DNA of 32,525 nt from a virus (lineage: Duplodnaviria > Heunggongvirae > Uroviricota > Caudoviricetes): IMG/VR virus record IMGVR_UViG_651053023_000008. One strand, given 5' to 3'. Under the pieces are notes generated by a model. It worked only from the letters and a program-made list of their open reading frames with translations, did no database searches and was not told the origin of the DNA. A program made the translations under genes and the position numbers. Numbering within the stretch: position 1 is the stretch's first letter; each line of letters begins with the position of its first letter. This document shows positions 18,848 to 28,970 of the stretch, in pieces.

Positions 18848-19749
18848 TGGGAGCAGTCACTTCCGAAGTCCTTCACGCGCTGACCACCTGTCTGAGCGCC
18901 GCTTATACCCGTGGTCTGAGTGGTGTCACCCCACAATGGCAGCGCATCGCCTCTGAAATCCCGAGTTCGTCCGCTTCCAATACCTACGGCTGGATGAAAG
19001 ATTTACCGGAGATTAAGGAATGGGTCAGCGCCCGTCAGATGGCAACGCTGGACGGTTATGGTTACACCCTTGCGAACAAAACCTGGGAAAGTTCGATCCG
19101 CGTTAAACGCGAACACATTGAAGACGATCAGATTGGTCAGTACAGCATTATCGCTGAACGCTATGGCCGCCAGACGTCGGAGTTCCCGGACAAGCTGTGT
19201 TACCCCCTGCTGTGTGCCGGGTTTAACACCCTGTGTTTTGACGGTCAGAACTTCTTTGATGAAGACCACCCGCTGGGCGACGGCACCTGCAGCAACGTTG
19301 TCGGCACCCCGGCATCAGACCAGGGAGAACCGTGGTTCCTGATTGATGATTCTCAGGTACTGAAACCCATCATCTGGCAGACGCGACGCGCCTTTAAGTT
19401 TGAAGCCCTGGATGATCTGAACAGCGAGCACACCTTCAAGAATAACGAGTTCCTTTACGGGGTGGACGGTCGCTGCAATGCGGGCTTCGGCTTCTGGCAG
19501 ACCGCCGTCGGTTCCCGTGCGGCACTGACAGCGGAGAACTACGAGAAGGCCAGCAATCTGCTGCTGGGTATGAAGGCCACCAACGGTGAACCGCTGGGCA
19601 TCCGCCCGACCACCCTTGTGGTGGGGCCGAAAAACCGTGCAGCCGCGAAGCGCATCATTGACGCCATGCTGGTTAACGGCGGCGATTCCAACATCTGGTA
19701 CAAGGATGTGGACATCGTGGTCAGCCCGTTCATCACCACCCCGGCATAA
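18847..19749 (+). CDS. T: major head subunit (Mu T family)
   Basis: 300 aa, ATGA-coupled to I; matches the Mu-like major capsid protein family in length and position. Confidence 0.8.
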   Translation: MGAVTSEVLHALTTCLSAAYTRGLSGVTPQWQRIASEIPSSSASNTYGWMKDLPEIKEWVSARQMATLDGYGYTLANKTWESSIRVKREHIEDDQIGQYSIIAERYGRQTSEFPDKLCYPLLCAGFNTLCFDGQNFFDEDHPLGDGTCSNVVGTPASDQGEPWFLIDDSQVLKPIIWQTRRAFKFEALDDLNSEHTFKNNEFLYGVDGRCNAGFGFWQTAVGSRAALTAENYEKASNLLLGMKATNGEPLGIRPTTLVVGPKNRAAAKRIIDAMLVNGGDSNIWYKDVDIVVSPFITTPA

Positions 19750-19832
19750 CCCGTCATCCGTAATCTGTTGTAACCCGCAATGACTGGCTGATTAGCTGTA
19801 TCGGCACCAACCTGTCACCGCACCCGGCGTGG

Positions 19833-20426
19833 ATGTGGGCCGCGTCATACGGCGCAACGGCAGCGTATCACCTTGCCATTGACCCGGCGCGTCCGCTTCA
19901 GACGCTGGTCCTGACCGGCATTCTGCCGCCTGCGCGTAATGTTCGCTGGGATATGCCGGAACGTAACCTGCTGCTGCATGACGGCATTGCCACGCACATG
20001 GTGGACGCCGGGGATAACGTCTGCATAGAGCGTGAAATCACCATGTACCGGGTTAATCAGTACGGTGATGCGGATGTGTCGTACCTTGATGTGCAGTCAC
20101 CCGCCACGCTGGGCCGTATCCGTTACATCATCAAGAACCGTTTCACGAACCGTTATCCGCGCCACAAGCTGGCAGATGATGACGTGCTGGACTCACTGGA
20201 TGCCGGTCAGCCGGTGATGACGCCGAAGCTGTGCACCGCAGAGCTGCTGGATATCTGCCAGACCGAACTTATTCCTGCGGGCCTTGTGGAGAACTTCAGC
20301 GATTACAAGGACACGCTTCAGGTGACACGCGACAGCAGCGATAAAAACCGTCTGAACTTTATCTGTCACCCGAATCTGGTGAACCAGCTGCGTGTGCTGG
20401 CAGGCCTGATTCAGTTCAAGCTTTAA
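19833..20426 (+). CDS. hypothetical tail-region protein; possibly the C-terminal remnant of a contractile-sheath gene
   Basis: 197-aa ORF. The reading frame is open upstream to 19764 with no start codon and no ribosome-binding site before ATG 19833; it sits where the sheath gene would be in Mu. Confidence 0.4.
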   Translation: MWAASYGATAAYHLAIDPARPLQTLVLTGILPPARNVRWDMPERNLLLHDGIATHMVDAGDNVCIEREITMYRVNQYGDADVSYLDVQSPATLGRIRYIIKNRFTNRYPRHKLADDDVLDSLDAGQPVMTPKLCTAELLDICQTELIPAGLVENFSDYKDTLQVTRDSSDKNRLNFICHPNLVNQLRVLAGLIQFKL

Positions 20427-20435
20427 GGGGGCCGC

Positions 20436-20783
20436 ATGGCAAAAATTCTTGGCATGGCGACCATTCGCGTGAATGGCCGCGAAATTAAAACCGAGGGGAA
20501 ATCCACGCTGAATCCGGGCGGCTTCAGTCGCACCCAGCATATGGGCGGCGGCAAGGTCTGGGGTATCTCCAGCAAGATGGCCTCGCCGTCCATCAAGGTG
20601 ACCATTGCGGCGGCAGCGGATATGGACGTGATTGAAATCAGCAGCTGGGAAGACGTCACGGTGATGTTCTACGGCGACAACGGCCTGAACTACATGATGA
20701 CGGGTCCGCCACGGATAACCCGGCGGAGCTGGACGAGGATTCCGGCACCATCAGTGCGAACTTTATCGGTGAAAAATGCGTGA
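20436..20783 (+). CDS. tail tube protein (Mu M-like)
   Basis: 115 aa directly upstream of the chaperone and tape-measure genes. An alternative 3' end in another frame would stop at 20791. Confidence 0.55.
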   Translation: MAKILGMATIRVNGREIKTEGKSTLNPGGFSRTQHMGGGKVWGISSKMASPSIKVTIAAAADMDVIEISSWEDVTVMFYGDNGLNYMMTGPPRITRRSWTRIPAPSVRTLSVKNA

Positions 20784-20792
20784 AGGTGTGAC

Positions 20793-21288
20793 ATGGCTGA
20801 AATGGAATTTGAACTGAAACACGGGCTTCTGACCGGCAAAGGCACGGCAGATGAAACCCTGCATAAAACCGTGAAGCTGCGCGAACTGACCGCCAGTGAT
20901 GTGATTGATGCACAACTGGCCGCAGAACGCGTCGTCATGGGCGGGAACGGAAAGGCGGTGGCCTACTGCTCTGAAGTGCTGATGGGGCTGGAGATGATGC
21001 GCCGTCAGGTTGCGGCCATCGGCAGCATTCCCGGCCCGCTGGACATGAAACAGCTGCGAATGCTCCACCCGGCAGACCTTGAGCTTATCAGCACGAAAGC
21101 CGCTGCGCTGGATGACATGCTTGAGGAGGTGGCAACGCGGGGGCGAACTGATGCCGCTGGCGGCGGCACTGATGAACCTGCTGGTTAACCTGTCCCAGCG
21201 ATTCAGCATTCAGTACCTGGAACAGCTGCCCCTGCGGCAGCTGTTCCGCCTGATAAAGCAACTGGAGAAACAGCATGGCAACAGGTAA
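20793..21288 (+). CDS. tail assembly chaperone with a putative programmed frameshift (short product 20793-21188; extended product to 21288)
   Basis: Two overlapping frames; the second frame has no independent ribosome-binding site and ends at the tape-measure start. G5 run at 21139-21143. Confidence 0.6.
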
Positions 21289-23122
21289 CCGTCTCAGCAC
21301 GGAAATCATGATCAACCTTGCCGGGAACCTGACCGCCAAAGCCCGGCAATACGGCGCAAATATGTCGCAGTTCGCCCGGAATCATCAGAAGGCCATGCGC
21401 CTTGTCAAAGCCACAACGGAGGCCGCAGGACGCGGCCTTGATACGCTGGGTAACCGCTACACGGCGATGATTGCCGGGTTCGGTGGTGGTATGACCCTTA
21501 AAGGCCTGACAGATTTTGATGCACAAATCCGCCGTGCGGGTACAAATGCAAAACTGACCGATGAGCAGGTATCCCGTTTAAGAAAAAACATCCGGGAAAC
21601 AGCCAGAATGTCAGACATTCGCCTCAGTGCGCAGGTTTTACTGGAAGGCCAGGATGCACTGTATGGCCTGACAGGTAAGCCGGAATTTGTTGAAAAAAAT
21701 ATCCGCAATCAGGGGCTGGCCACGCAGGCATTCGGGACTGCGCCACAGGATGTCGCGGCACTGATGGCACAGATGTCCGAAAAACAGATTGAAGATCCTC
21801 AGGAAGTTGAAGACATGTTCGACCGCTTCTACCACCAGTTTTCCATTGGTTCGGTTGGTGTGGATCAACTGGCGCGCGTATCAGCAAAACTGTTTTCGAT
21901 TTATACCGGTGGTGGCAAAGAGGCGATGGCCCAGTTGGGGGCACTTGAGCAGATGCTGGCGAAAACAACCGGTTCTGCAGATGAAGCGGTAACCGCGCTG
22001 AACAGTATCTGGAGTGAAGTCACCCGAAAAGACAACATCAAGTTTCTGAAAAGAAACGGTGTTGATGTGCTTGATCCAGTCACAGGGAAACCCCGTCTGC
22101 CCTATGACGTGATCAGAGACGTTGTCAGGCGGGCAAAATTTAATGAGCAGAATTTGCAGGATGTTTTCGGGGACACCTCCATGCGGGGATTAAGGGCGCT
22201 GTCCAGTGAAGAAGCCCTTCAGTTAACAGAAAAAATGATTTACGCCCCGGTTGAATCCGGTGCCATGAAAAAAGCCGCGGAGAAAAACGCCCAGAGTTTT
22301 CAGTCTGCGATGCAGTCCCTGAAGAATGAATATGAGGTTTTTGCTGAAAAAAATCTGGCAAAACCCGTTCAGGACCTGGCGGATGCGCTCAACAGCGTGG
22401 ACCAGAACACCGTCCAGAACTGGTTGCAGGTCGGTAAATATATGGCGATTGCTGTGGGCGGCATTATCGCCATCCGAAAAACGTACCAGTTAGGTAAAAC
22501 CCTCCACGACATCATGAATCCCAAAGGGAAAGGCAAAGGAATACCCGGTGGCATTACAGATGTTTTCGGCTCCGGTGTGATGCCGGTTTATGTGGTTAAT
22601 ATGGGCAGTGGCGGGATGAATGGTAATACCGGCGGTCTGCCGGATACACCAGATTCATCGCGCAATCCCCGCAATCCTCGGGGGCCGGGTAACCGTGGAG
22701 GAAAGGCAGGTAAAGGCGCTGGCATCATTGCCGGTGCTCTGGAGTTTTACGATTTTCTGACCACACAATACGCCCTGCCGGGTGAGGTTGACAGTCTCAC
22801 TAAATCCGTTGCCGGTGATGCCAGCGCCAGCCCGCGGGAGCGCGAGTTCGCGCAACAGAGTCAGGACAACCAGAAAGCGCTCGAGTCCGTCTGGCGTAAG
22901 GTAACGGACTGGTTTGACTCGCTGAACGGGAAGAACATCGGCGGGATGCCGTCATGGGGTGGAATGCAACCCTCGCAGCTTGCACCGTTTCTTTCTCAAC
23001 AATTGCAGGGGGAAATCCGCGTGGTGGTGGAAGGTGACGCCCGCGTGAAAAGTGTCAGAGTGGATCAACCCGGCGTCAGACTCAGTGCGCAGGCTGGCGT
23101 CACCAGCGTGGAGCAAGGGTAA
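21275..23122 (+). CDS. tail tape measure protein
   Basis: 615 aa; helical with a Gly-rich hydrophobic segment; preceded by the frameshifted chaperone. Confidence 0.75.
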   Translation: MATGNRLSTEIMINLAGNLTAKARQYGANMSQFARNHQKAMRLVKATTEAAGRGLDTLGNRYTAMIAGFGGGMTLKGLTDFDAQIRRAGTNAKLTDEQVSRLRKNIRETARMSDIRLSAQVLLEGQDALYGLTGKPEFVEKNIRNQGLATQAFGTAPQDVAALMAQMSEKQIEDPQEVEDMFDRFYHQFSIGSVGVDQLARVSAKLFSIYTGGGKEAMAQLGALEQMLAKTTGSADEAVTALNSIWSEVTRKDNIKFLKRNGVDVLDPVTGKPRLPYDVIRDVVRRAKFNEQNLQDVFGDTSMRGLRALSSEEALQLTEKMIYAPVESGAMKKAAEKNAQSFQSAMQSLKNEYEVFAEKNLAKPVQDLADALNSVDQNTVQNWLQVGKYMAIAVGGIIAIRKTYQLGKTLHDIMNPKGKGKGIPGGITDVFGSGVMPVYVVNMGSGGMNGNTGGLPDTPDSSRNPRNPRGPGNRGGKAGKGAGIIAGALEFYDFLTTQYALPGEVDSLTKSVAGDASASPREREFAQQSQDNQKALESVWRKVTDWFDSLNGKNIGGMPSWGGMQPSQLAPFLSQQLQGEIRVVVEGDARVKSVRVDQPGVRLSAQAGVTSVEQG

Positions 23123-24396
23123 TGACAACAGGCAATGGCAAATGGGACGGGCTGCGCGACGCCTCGTTTCGCGGCGTTCCCTTCTTTCTGGTGGATACAG
23201 AAGGCACCGGTGGCCGCAGGGCTATTCCCCGTGCTTACCCCCGGCGTGAAACCGCCTGGACGGATGATAACGGGGCCGTTCCCGGTCAACAACAGATTAA
23301 CGCAAAGCTGCCAGGTAAAAACTTCCGGGATGATTTAAACGCCCTTTTAGACGCGCTCAATACCCCAGGCCCCGGCGAGCTTATCCACCCGTGGTTCGGG
23401 ATACAGACCGTACAGGTTGGCAAGGTCACTCATCGCCTCAGCACGGAGGAAGACGGCATTGCGTATGTCACCTTTGAAGTGTTTGAGGCAGGCGAGCGCC
23501 TGTTCCCGTCTGCGGCGGATAACACGCAGCAGGAAGTGCTAACGGGCATTGATGCGGTGAAAGCCGCCATTGACGATGGCGACTGGTTCGGCGCACTCGA
23601 CGGGCTGGGTGAGATGGCCGACAGCTTTCTGGCCGATATGGAAAACCTTGTGGCTAACCTGCCCACGCTACCGGCAGCACTGAATCAGTGGATGGACAGG
23701 CTGAACCATTTTAAGGAGATGGCCGGAACCATCATTGCCACGCCGGGGCGTCTGGTCAGTGAGTTGTCCTCGTTCATCGACGGCGTGGTTGATCTGGTGA
23801 CGGAACCACCCGAAGCACTCGCGGTTTACACGACATTACGCAACCAGTGGGTCGGAGAACGCGCCCGACAGGTTGCCACCGGCGCACTGCCGGAAGATAT
23901 CACCGTGAAGCCAGGCAGCGTGGCAGACGGCGAAATCGGCTTTGCCATCGGTCTGTCACCGGGTTATCAGCCGGTATCTGACAGCCTGCAAAAGAACATT
24001 GATGACTTCCGCCAGGTGGTTGTGCTGGAAACCCTGCTGGGACAGGCAAATGCCGTGGCCTCGATGACGTTCGATACCAGTGATGCGGCATTATCTGCTG
24101 GTGACACGCTGGCGGCTGAACTGCATGAGCAGGCGGTGGCGGCGGTGGAAAATAACCAGCGGGCATTATGGCGAACGCTGCGCGATTTACGGCAGGCCGT
24201 GATTACGGATGCCCGCGAGCGTGCCGCCCGTCTGCCGGAAACCCGACAGGTGACGCTGACCACAACCACATCTGCCGCATTGCTGGCATGGCGCGAACAT
24301 GGTGACACAAGCCGACGGGATGAAATCGTGCAGCGTAACCGCCTGCGCCATCCGTCATTCATCCTGCCAACGCAACCAGTGGAGATTACCGACTGA
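23122..24396 (+). CDS. P: DNA circularisation protein-like tail protein (Mu P family)
   Basis: 424 aa; N-terminal region resembles the Mu gp43 N-terminal domain; position after the tape measure. Confidence 0.65.
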   Translation: MTTGNGKWDGLRDASFRGVPFFLVDTEGTGGRRAIPRAYPRRETAWTDDNGAVPGQQQINAKLPGKNFRDDLNALLDALNTPGPGELIHPWFGIQTVQVGKVTHRLSTEEDGIAYVTFEVFEAGERLFPSAADNTQQEVLTGIDAVKAAIDDGDWFGALDGLGEMADSFLADMENLVANLPTLPAALNQWMDRLNHFKEMAGTIIATPGRLVSELSSFIDGVVDLVTEPPEALAVYTTLRNQWVGERARQVATGALPEDITVKPGSVADGEIGFAIGLSPGYQPVSDSLQKNIDDFRQVVVLETLLGQANAVASMTFDTSDAALSAGDTLAAELHEQAVAAVENNQRALWRTLRDLRQAVITDARERAARLPETRQVTLTTTTSAALLAWREHGDTSRRDEIVQRNRLRHPSFILPTQPVEITD

Positions 24397-25467
24397 TGGA
24401 ATCCGTGATTCTTACCGTTGACGGCAAATTGTGGGAAGGCTGGACGGAAATGTCCGTCAGCCGTTCCCTGAAGGCGATTGCCGGTGAGTTTGATCTCAGT
24501 GTGACAACCCGCTGGTCAGCGGCGGCACCGCGCGTGATACGTGAGGGGCAACCCTGCACGGTCAGGCTGGGTGCGGATACCGTGCTGACAGGGTATATCG
24601 ATGATTTTATCCCCAGCTATGACGCAGATAACGTGGAGATTCGCGTCATGGGGCGCGACAAAAACCGGCGACCTGGTGGACTGCTCTGTGGTGCATTCAT
24701 CCGGGAAATGGAAAGGCGTGCGGCTGGAACAGGTAGCGGCTGATGTCTGCCGCCCGTTCGGGATAGCCGTCATCACGGAAACCCCGACCGGGGAGGCGTT
24801 TGCGTCCGTTGTTCTGGAACAGGGTGAAACGGGCTTTGAACTGCTCGACCGGCTGGCAAAACAGCGCGGCGTTCTGCTGACGTCTGACGGCGCAGGTAAC
24901 CTGATTATCACCCGCGCCTCTTCCGTTCGCGCGGGCGTGTCACTGGTGCTGGGGAAAAATATCCTCGCCGCCCGTGGGCGCTTCAGCTGGCGGGAGCGTA
25001 ACAGCCAGTACATCATCAAGGGCACCACCAGTGCCGGTGGCAAACTGTGGGACAGCCAGCCTGCCTCGATGGTGGGTGGTCGCCAGTACATCACCGAAGA
25101 CCCGGAAATTAACCGTTACCGCCCGCGCATTCTGGTCAATGAAGACAGCCTGACCGTGGGCGGGGCCAGCATTCGCGGGGAATGGTACAAAGCCCGGATG
25201 CTGGGGGAATCCCGCACGACGGAAATCACGGTGGCAGGCTGGCGCGAACAGGGCGACAGCGGCCCGCTGTGGCAGACCAACCGCCTTGTCGATATCGACG
25301 ACAGCATTCAGAACCTGAAAACCACCTGGCTGATATCCGGGGTGACCTGGACGGATGGCGCACAGGGGCGGATGACGGTTCTGGCGCTGGTTCCGCCTGA
25401 ATCACTGGATATGCCGGAAATGAAAGCGAAGACGAAGAAAACAAAGGCGGTGGCCACATGGGATTAA
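24396..25467 (+). pseudogene. baseplate hub protein (Mu Q-like) with a +1 frameshift in an A5 run (24660-24664)
   Basis: ORFs 24396..24743 and 24601..25467 join into one 357-aa product (..VMGRDKTGDLVDCSVV..) if one A is removed. Confidence 0.6.
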
Positions 25468-25994
25468 ACGCAATTGCCCGCCGTCTGCGGCTGCTGGTTG
25501 ACCGTGCCGTTGTGCGCATGGTGTCTGACAGTCTGGAGCGGCAGAACCTGCAAATCCAGACGCTGGCTGATGCCACCGACGACGACGTGGAACGCTTCCA
25601 GAACTACGGGTTTACTTCCGTTCCGCCGGAAGGTTCTGAAGCCATCGTGCTGGCCGTGGGCGGACGGCGTGACGGGCTGGTTGCCATCGCGGTGGAGGAC
25701 AAGCGATGTCGCCCGAAAGGCCTGTCCCCCGGTGATGTCCGGCTGTATCACCAGGACGGTAAATCGCATATCACGTTAAAGAAAGGCGGAATTATTGAAA
25801 TCACAGGAGAACAATTAAACGTTTCAGGGAAAACGGTAAATCTCACCGCCGACGAATTGCTGAATATTATCGGTAAACAAATGAAATTCGTCGGTCCCTG
25901 TGAATTTACTGCAGATGCCACAATCAACGGTAAATCTTTCATCAAACACATTCATAAGGACGGCGACAATGAGAAGACATCACCGCCCATATGA
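25458..25994 (+). CDS. baseplate spike protein (gpV-like)
   Basis: 178 aa, overlapping the end of the Q-like gene; position in baseplate cluster. Confidence 0.55.
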   Translation: MGLNAIARRLRLLVDRAVVRMVSDSLERQNLQIQTLADATDDDVERFQNYGFTSVPPEGSEAIVLAVGGRRDGLVAIAVEDKRCRPKGLSPGDVRLYHQDGKSHITLKKGGIIEITGEQLNVSGKTVNLTADELLNIIGKQMKFVGPCEFTADATINGKSFIKHIHKDGDNEKTSPPI

Positions 25995-26443
25995 CGACCG
26001 GAATCCGCTGGAATAATACTCTCTCACGGGGTGACATCACCGTCACCCATAACGGCCTCTCACTGGATGAGGGGCTGGTCACTCAGGTTCTTATCTGCCT
26101 TTTCACTGATGCCCGTGCTGATGACGATGATGTCATTCCAGATGGTTCCGGCGACCCGCGCGGCTGGCCGGGCGACACGTACAGCGATTTTTCGTGGGGT
26201 TCCCGCCTGTGGCTGCTTGAGCGCGAAAAACTGACGGAAGATGTCCGCCTGCGCGTGGAGGATTACGCGCGACTGTCCATGCAACCGCTGCTGCGGGCCG
26301 GTTACGCCCGTAACGCCACCGTCACGGCCAGAATCATCGTCCCTGACCGTATTGCCTTTCAGGTGGTGTTAACCCGCCCGGACAAAACCACGCTCACAAT
26401 CGAAATCACCCGCCGATGGGAGGCCACCATTAATGCCGTATGA
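25991..26443 (+). CDS. baseplate protein (Mu gp46-like)
   Basis: 150 aa, translationally coupled between the spike and J-like genes. Confidence 0.55.
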   Translation: MTTGIRWNNTLSRGDITVTHNGLSLDEGLVTQVLICLFTDARADDDDVIPDGSGDPRGWPGDTYSDFSWGSRLWLLEREKLTEDVRLRVEDYARLSMQPLLRAGYARNATVTARIIVPDRIAFQVVLTRPDKTTLTIEITRRWEATINAV

Positions 26444-27510
26444 AATCCCCACGCTGGGCAAACTGATTGCCGACGGCGAAAAAGATATTGCGTATGAACT
26501 CGGCCTGCAAAAGCTGCCGCCTGTCAGTGTTGAGCAGGCGCTGAATGTGTCATTCAGCAGTCAGGTCCGGGATTTATACGACCATCAGAGCTGGATCAAG
26601 GACCAGATAATTCCGTCCACTACGTCTGATGATGAAACCATTATCAAAAACAGCAACGTATGAAGGGGTTATCCGCAAGCAGGCCACCTTTGCCAGCGGG
26701 CCGGTGACCTTCACCAGTCAGTCCCCCATTCCGGCAGAAACCCGGATGCAGTCCGACACGAATCAGGTGTATCAGGTACTCACATCCGGCGAGGTACAGG
26801 ACGGCGAGGTCACTGTCATCGTGCAGGCTGAAGAAGCCGGTGTGGCGGGCAATCTTGCTGCCGGTGCCGTGCTGACCCTGTTATCCCCGCTACCCGGAAC
26901 GGGCAGCACAGGCGCGGTGACTGAAAGTGGCATCACCGGTGGCGCAGACATCGAATCCATCGCAGAGCTGCTGGACCGTCTGCTGTATGTGCGCCGCAAT
27001 CCCCCGGTGGGCGGTGCACTGCATGATTACGTCATCTGGGCGCGTGAAGTGCCGGGTGTCAGCCGCGCGTGGGCATGGGATGCGTGGCACGGCCCCGGCA
27101 CGGTCGGGCTGGCATGGCTTTATGATGACCGTGAAGACATTATCCCCACACGGGACGACCTGAAGACAATGGAGCAGTATCTGTTCTGCCACAAACACCC
27201 TGCCACCGGCGTGATGGTGGGCAAACCGGGCGGCATCGAGGTCTGGCCGGTGCAGGTCAGGCTGAAGAAGCTCGACCTGTCCATCCGTCTGACACCGGAC
27301 AGCCAGGCGAACAGGAACGCCGTCCGGGCAAACCTGACCGCATTGCAGAAAACGCTGGCCCCCGGTCAGATGCTGCCGGTGTCCTCGCTGCGCACGGCCA
27401 TCGGTATGACGTCCGGTATCACGGATTACTTCCTCAACATCGGGGAGGACACCACCAGTGATGTGGATGAGCTTATCACCATCGGGGAGGTGACATGGCT
27501 CACAGCGTGA
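26433..27510 (+). pseudogene. baseplate J-like protein (Mu gp47-like) with a +1 frameshift in an A5 run (26646-26650)
   Basis: ORFs 26433..26663 and 26629..27510 join into one 359-aa product (..DDETIIKTATYEGVIRKQATFASG..) if one A is removed. Confidence 0.6.
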
Positions 27511-28079
27511 CGGAATGGCTGACCGCACTGCAACAGGTCATGCCACGGGGTAAGGCATGGCCGCGTGATAACGACGCGGATTTAAACCGTTTTTTAAGGG
27601 CGCTTGCAGAGCGTTTAACCCGCGTTGAATACGACGCCTCGCGTCTGCATGTGGAGATGCGACCGGAAACCACGCTCCAGTTGCTGCCGGAGTGGGAGCA
27701 ATATCTGGCGCTGCCGGAATGCGGAATTGCCGCCACCACAACGGAAGCCCGCCGCCGGGCCGTGGTGGAGAAATACCGCCGCAAAGGCGGGCTGGCCACC
27801 TGGCAGATTGAAGCCGCTGCGGCGGCGCTGGGATTCACTATTAAGGTGACGGCCGTTCTGCCGCACCACTGCCTGCGTGACTGCATGTACCCGCTACATC
27901 CGGCGCGGTATCGCTGGCTGCTGAAAGTGGAAGTCCCGGACAAAGATGCCGGGCGGTTTACCTGTATTGATGACGTCATGACGCCATTAATCAGCGAACG
28001 GACCCGCGAGCTGGAATGCCTGCTGAAGCATTACCGGCTGGCGGGCACGGAATATGAATATTATTACACCGGAGAATAA
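27495..28079 (+). CDS. tail protein (Mu gp48-like)
   Basis: 194 aa following the J-like gene. Confidence 0.55.
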   Translation: MAHSVTEWLTALQQVMPRGKAWPRDNDADLNRFLRALAERLTRVEYDASRLHVEMRPETTLQLLPEWEQYLALPECGIAATTTEARRRAVVEKYRRKGGLATWQIEAAAAALGFTIKVTAVLPHHCLRDCMYPLHPARYRWLLKVEVPDKDAGRFTCIDDVMTPLISERTRELECLLKHYRLAGTEYEYYYTGE

Positions 28080-28082
28080 TTT

Positions 28083-28970
28083 ATGTTTCATGTGGATAAT
28101 CCGACGGGTGTGCCAGTGATGCCACCTGTCGCGGCTGAATTAAGCAAAACAACGCTTTATTTTACCGAAGGCGGGAACGGTATTCCGCCCACTTATCCGG
28201 GGCCGGACTGGTTTAATATTATTCAGTCTGAACTGCTGGAAATTCTCCGGCAGGCAAATATCAAACCGGATAAAAACACAACCGACCAGATTATGACAGC
28301 GCTGAAAAAAACTGTTTATTACGAACAGTGGTTCAGCCGGAGCTATTGCCGGATTAACCGGTCAGAATAATACGTTCCCGTATTTTACGGCGAAGACACA
28401 ATGGCATTAACGCCGCTCAGTGCTTTTGTGCGCGGTATTCTCGGGAAAAACACAGCCGGTGAAATTATCGACGCGCTTTTATTACGTGACACGGTAAATA
28501 AAGCTAATAGTGCTGTACCGAATACCCGCAGGGTCAACGGCATGGCTCTGTCTTCGGATATCACCATCAGCAACATCAGCGGCAACGCCGGAACGGCAAC
28601 CCGACTTCAGACGGCCCGCAGGATTAACAATGTGCTGTTTGATGGCAGCCGCGATATCACGATTTCTGCGGGAATGTCACAAACTGAAGGTGACAACCGT
28701 TACCAGCAAAAAAACACGGCGTCAAAAGCCGGTAATGGCTGGTTTAAGGACACGTCCACCGGGGTGATTATTCAGTGGGGGTATCTCGGCAATGCCAGTG
28801 CCGGGCTGACGTTTCCGATATCATTTCCGTCAGCATGTACCAGCATCACTATTACCAACGCATACACCCGTGCTGATTACTCTATTTCCCTGAAATCGTT
28901 ATCAGCAGCAGGTGCGACATTCAACAGCGAGAATAACGGCGTTATGTACTGGACAGCGATAGGGTATTAA
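28083..28970 (+). pseudogene. tail fibre gene (S-like) interrupted by two compensating indels (extra A in the A7 run 28305-28311; likely missing G at 28389-28390)
   Basis: Conserved fibre N-terminus (MFHVDNPTGVPVMPPVAAELSKTTLYFTEGGNGIPP). The fibre motif GLTGQNNTFPYFT is encoded in frame +1 between the two ORFs; the C-terminal ORF 28401..28970 continues with MALTPLSAFVRGILGK. Confidence 0.55.
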
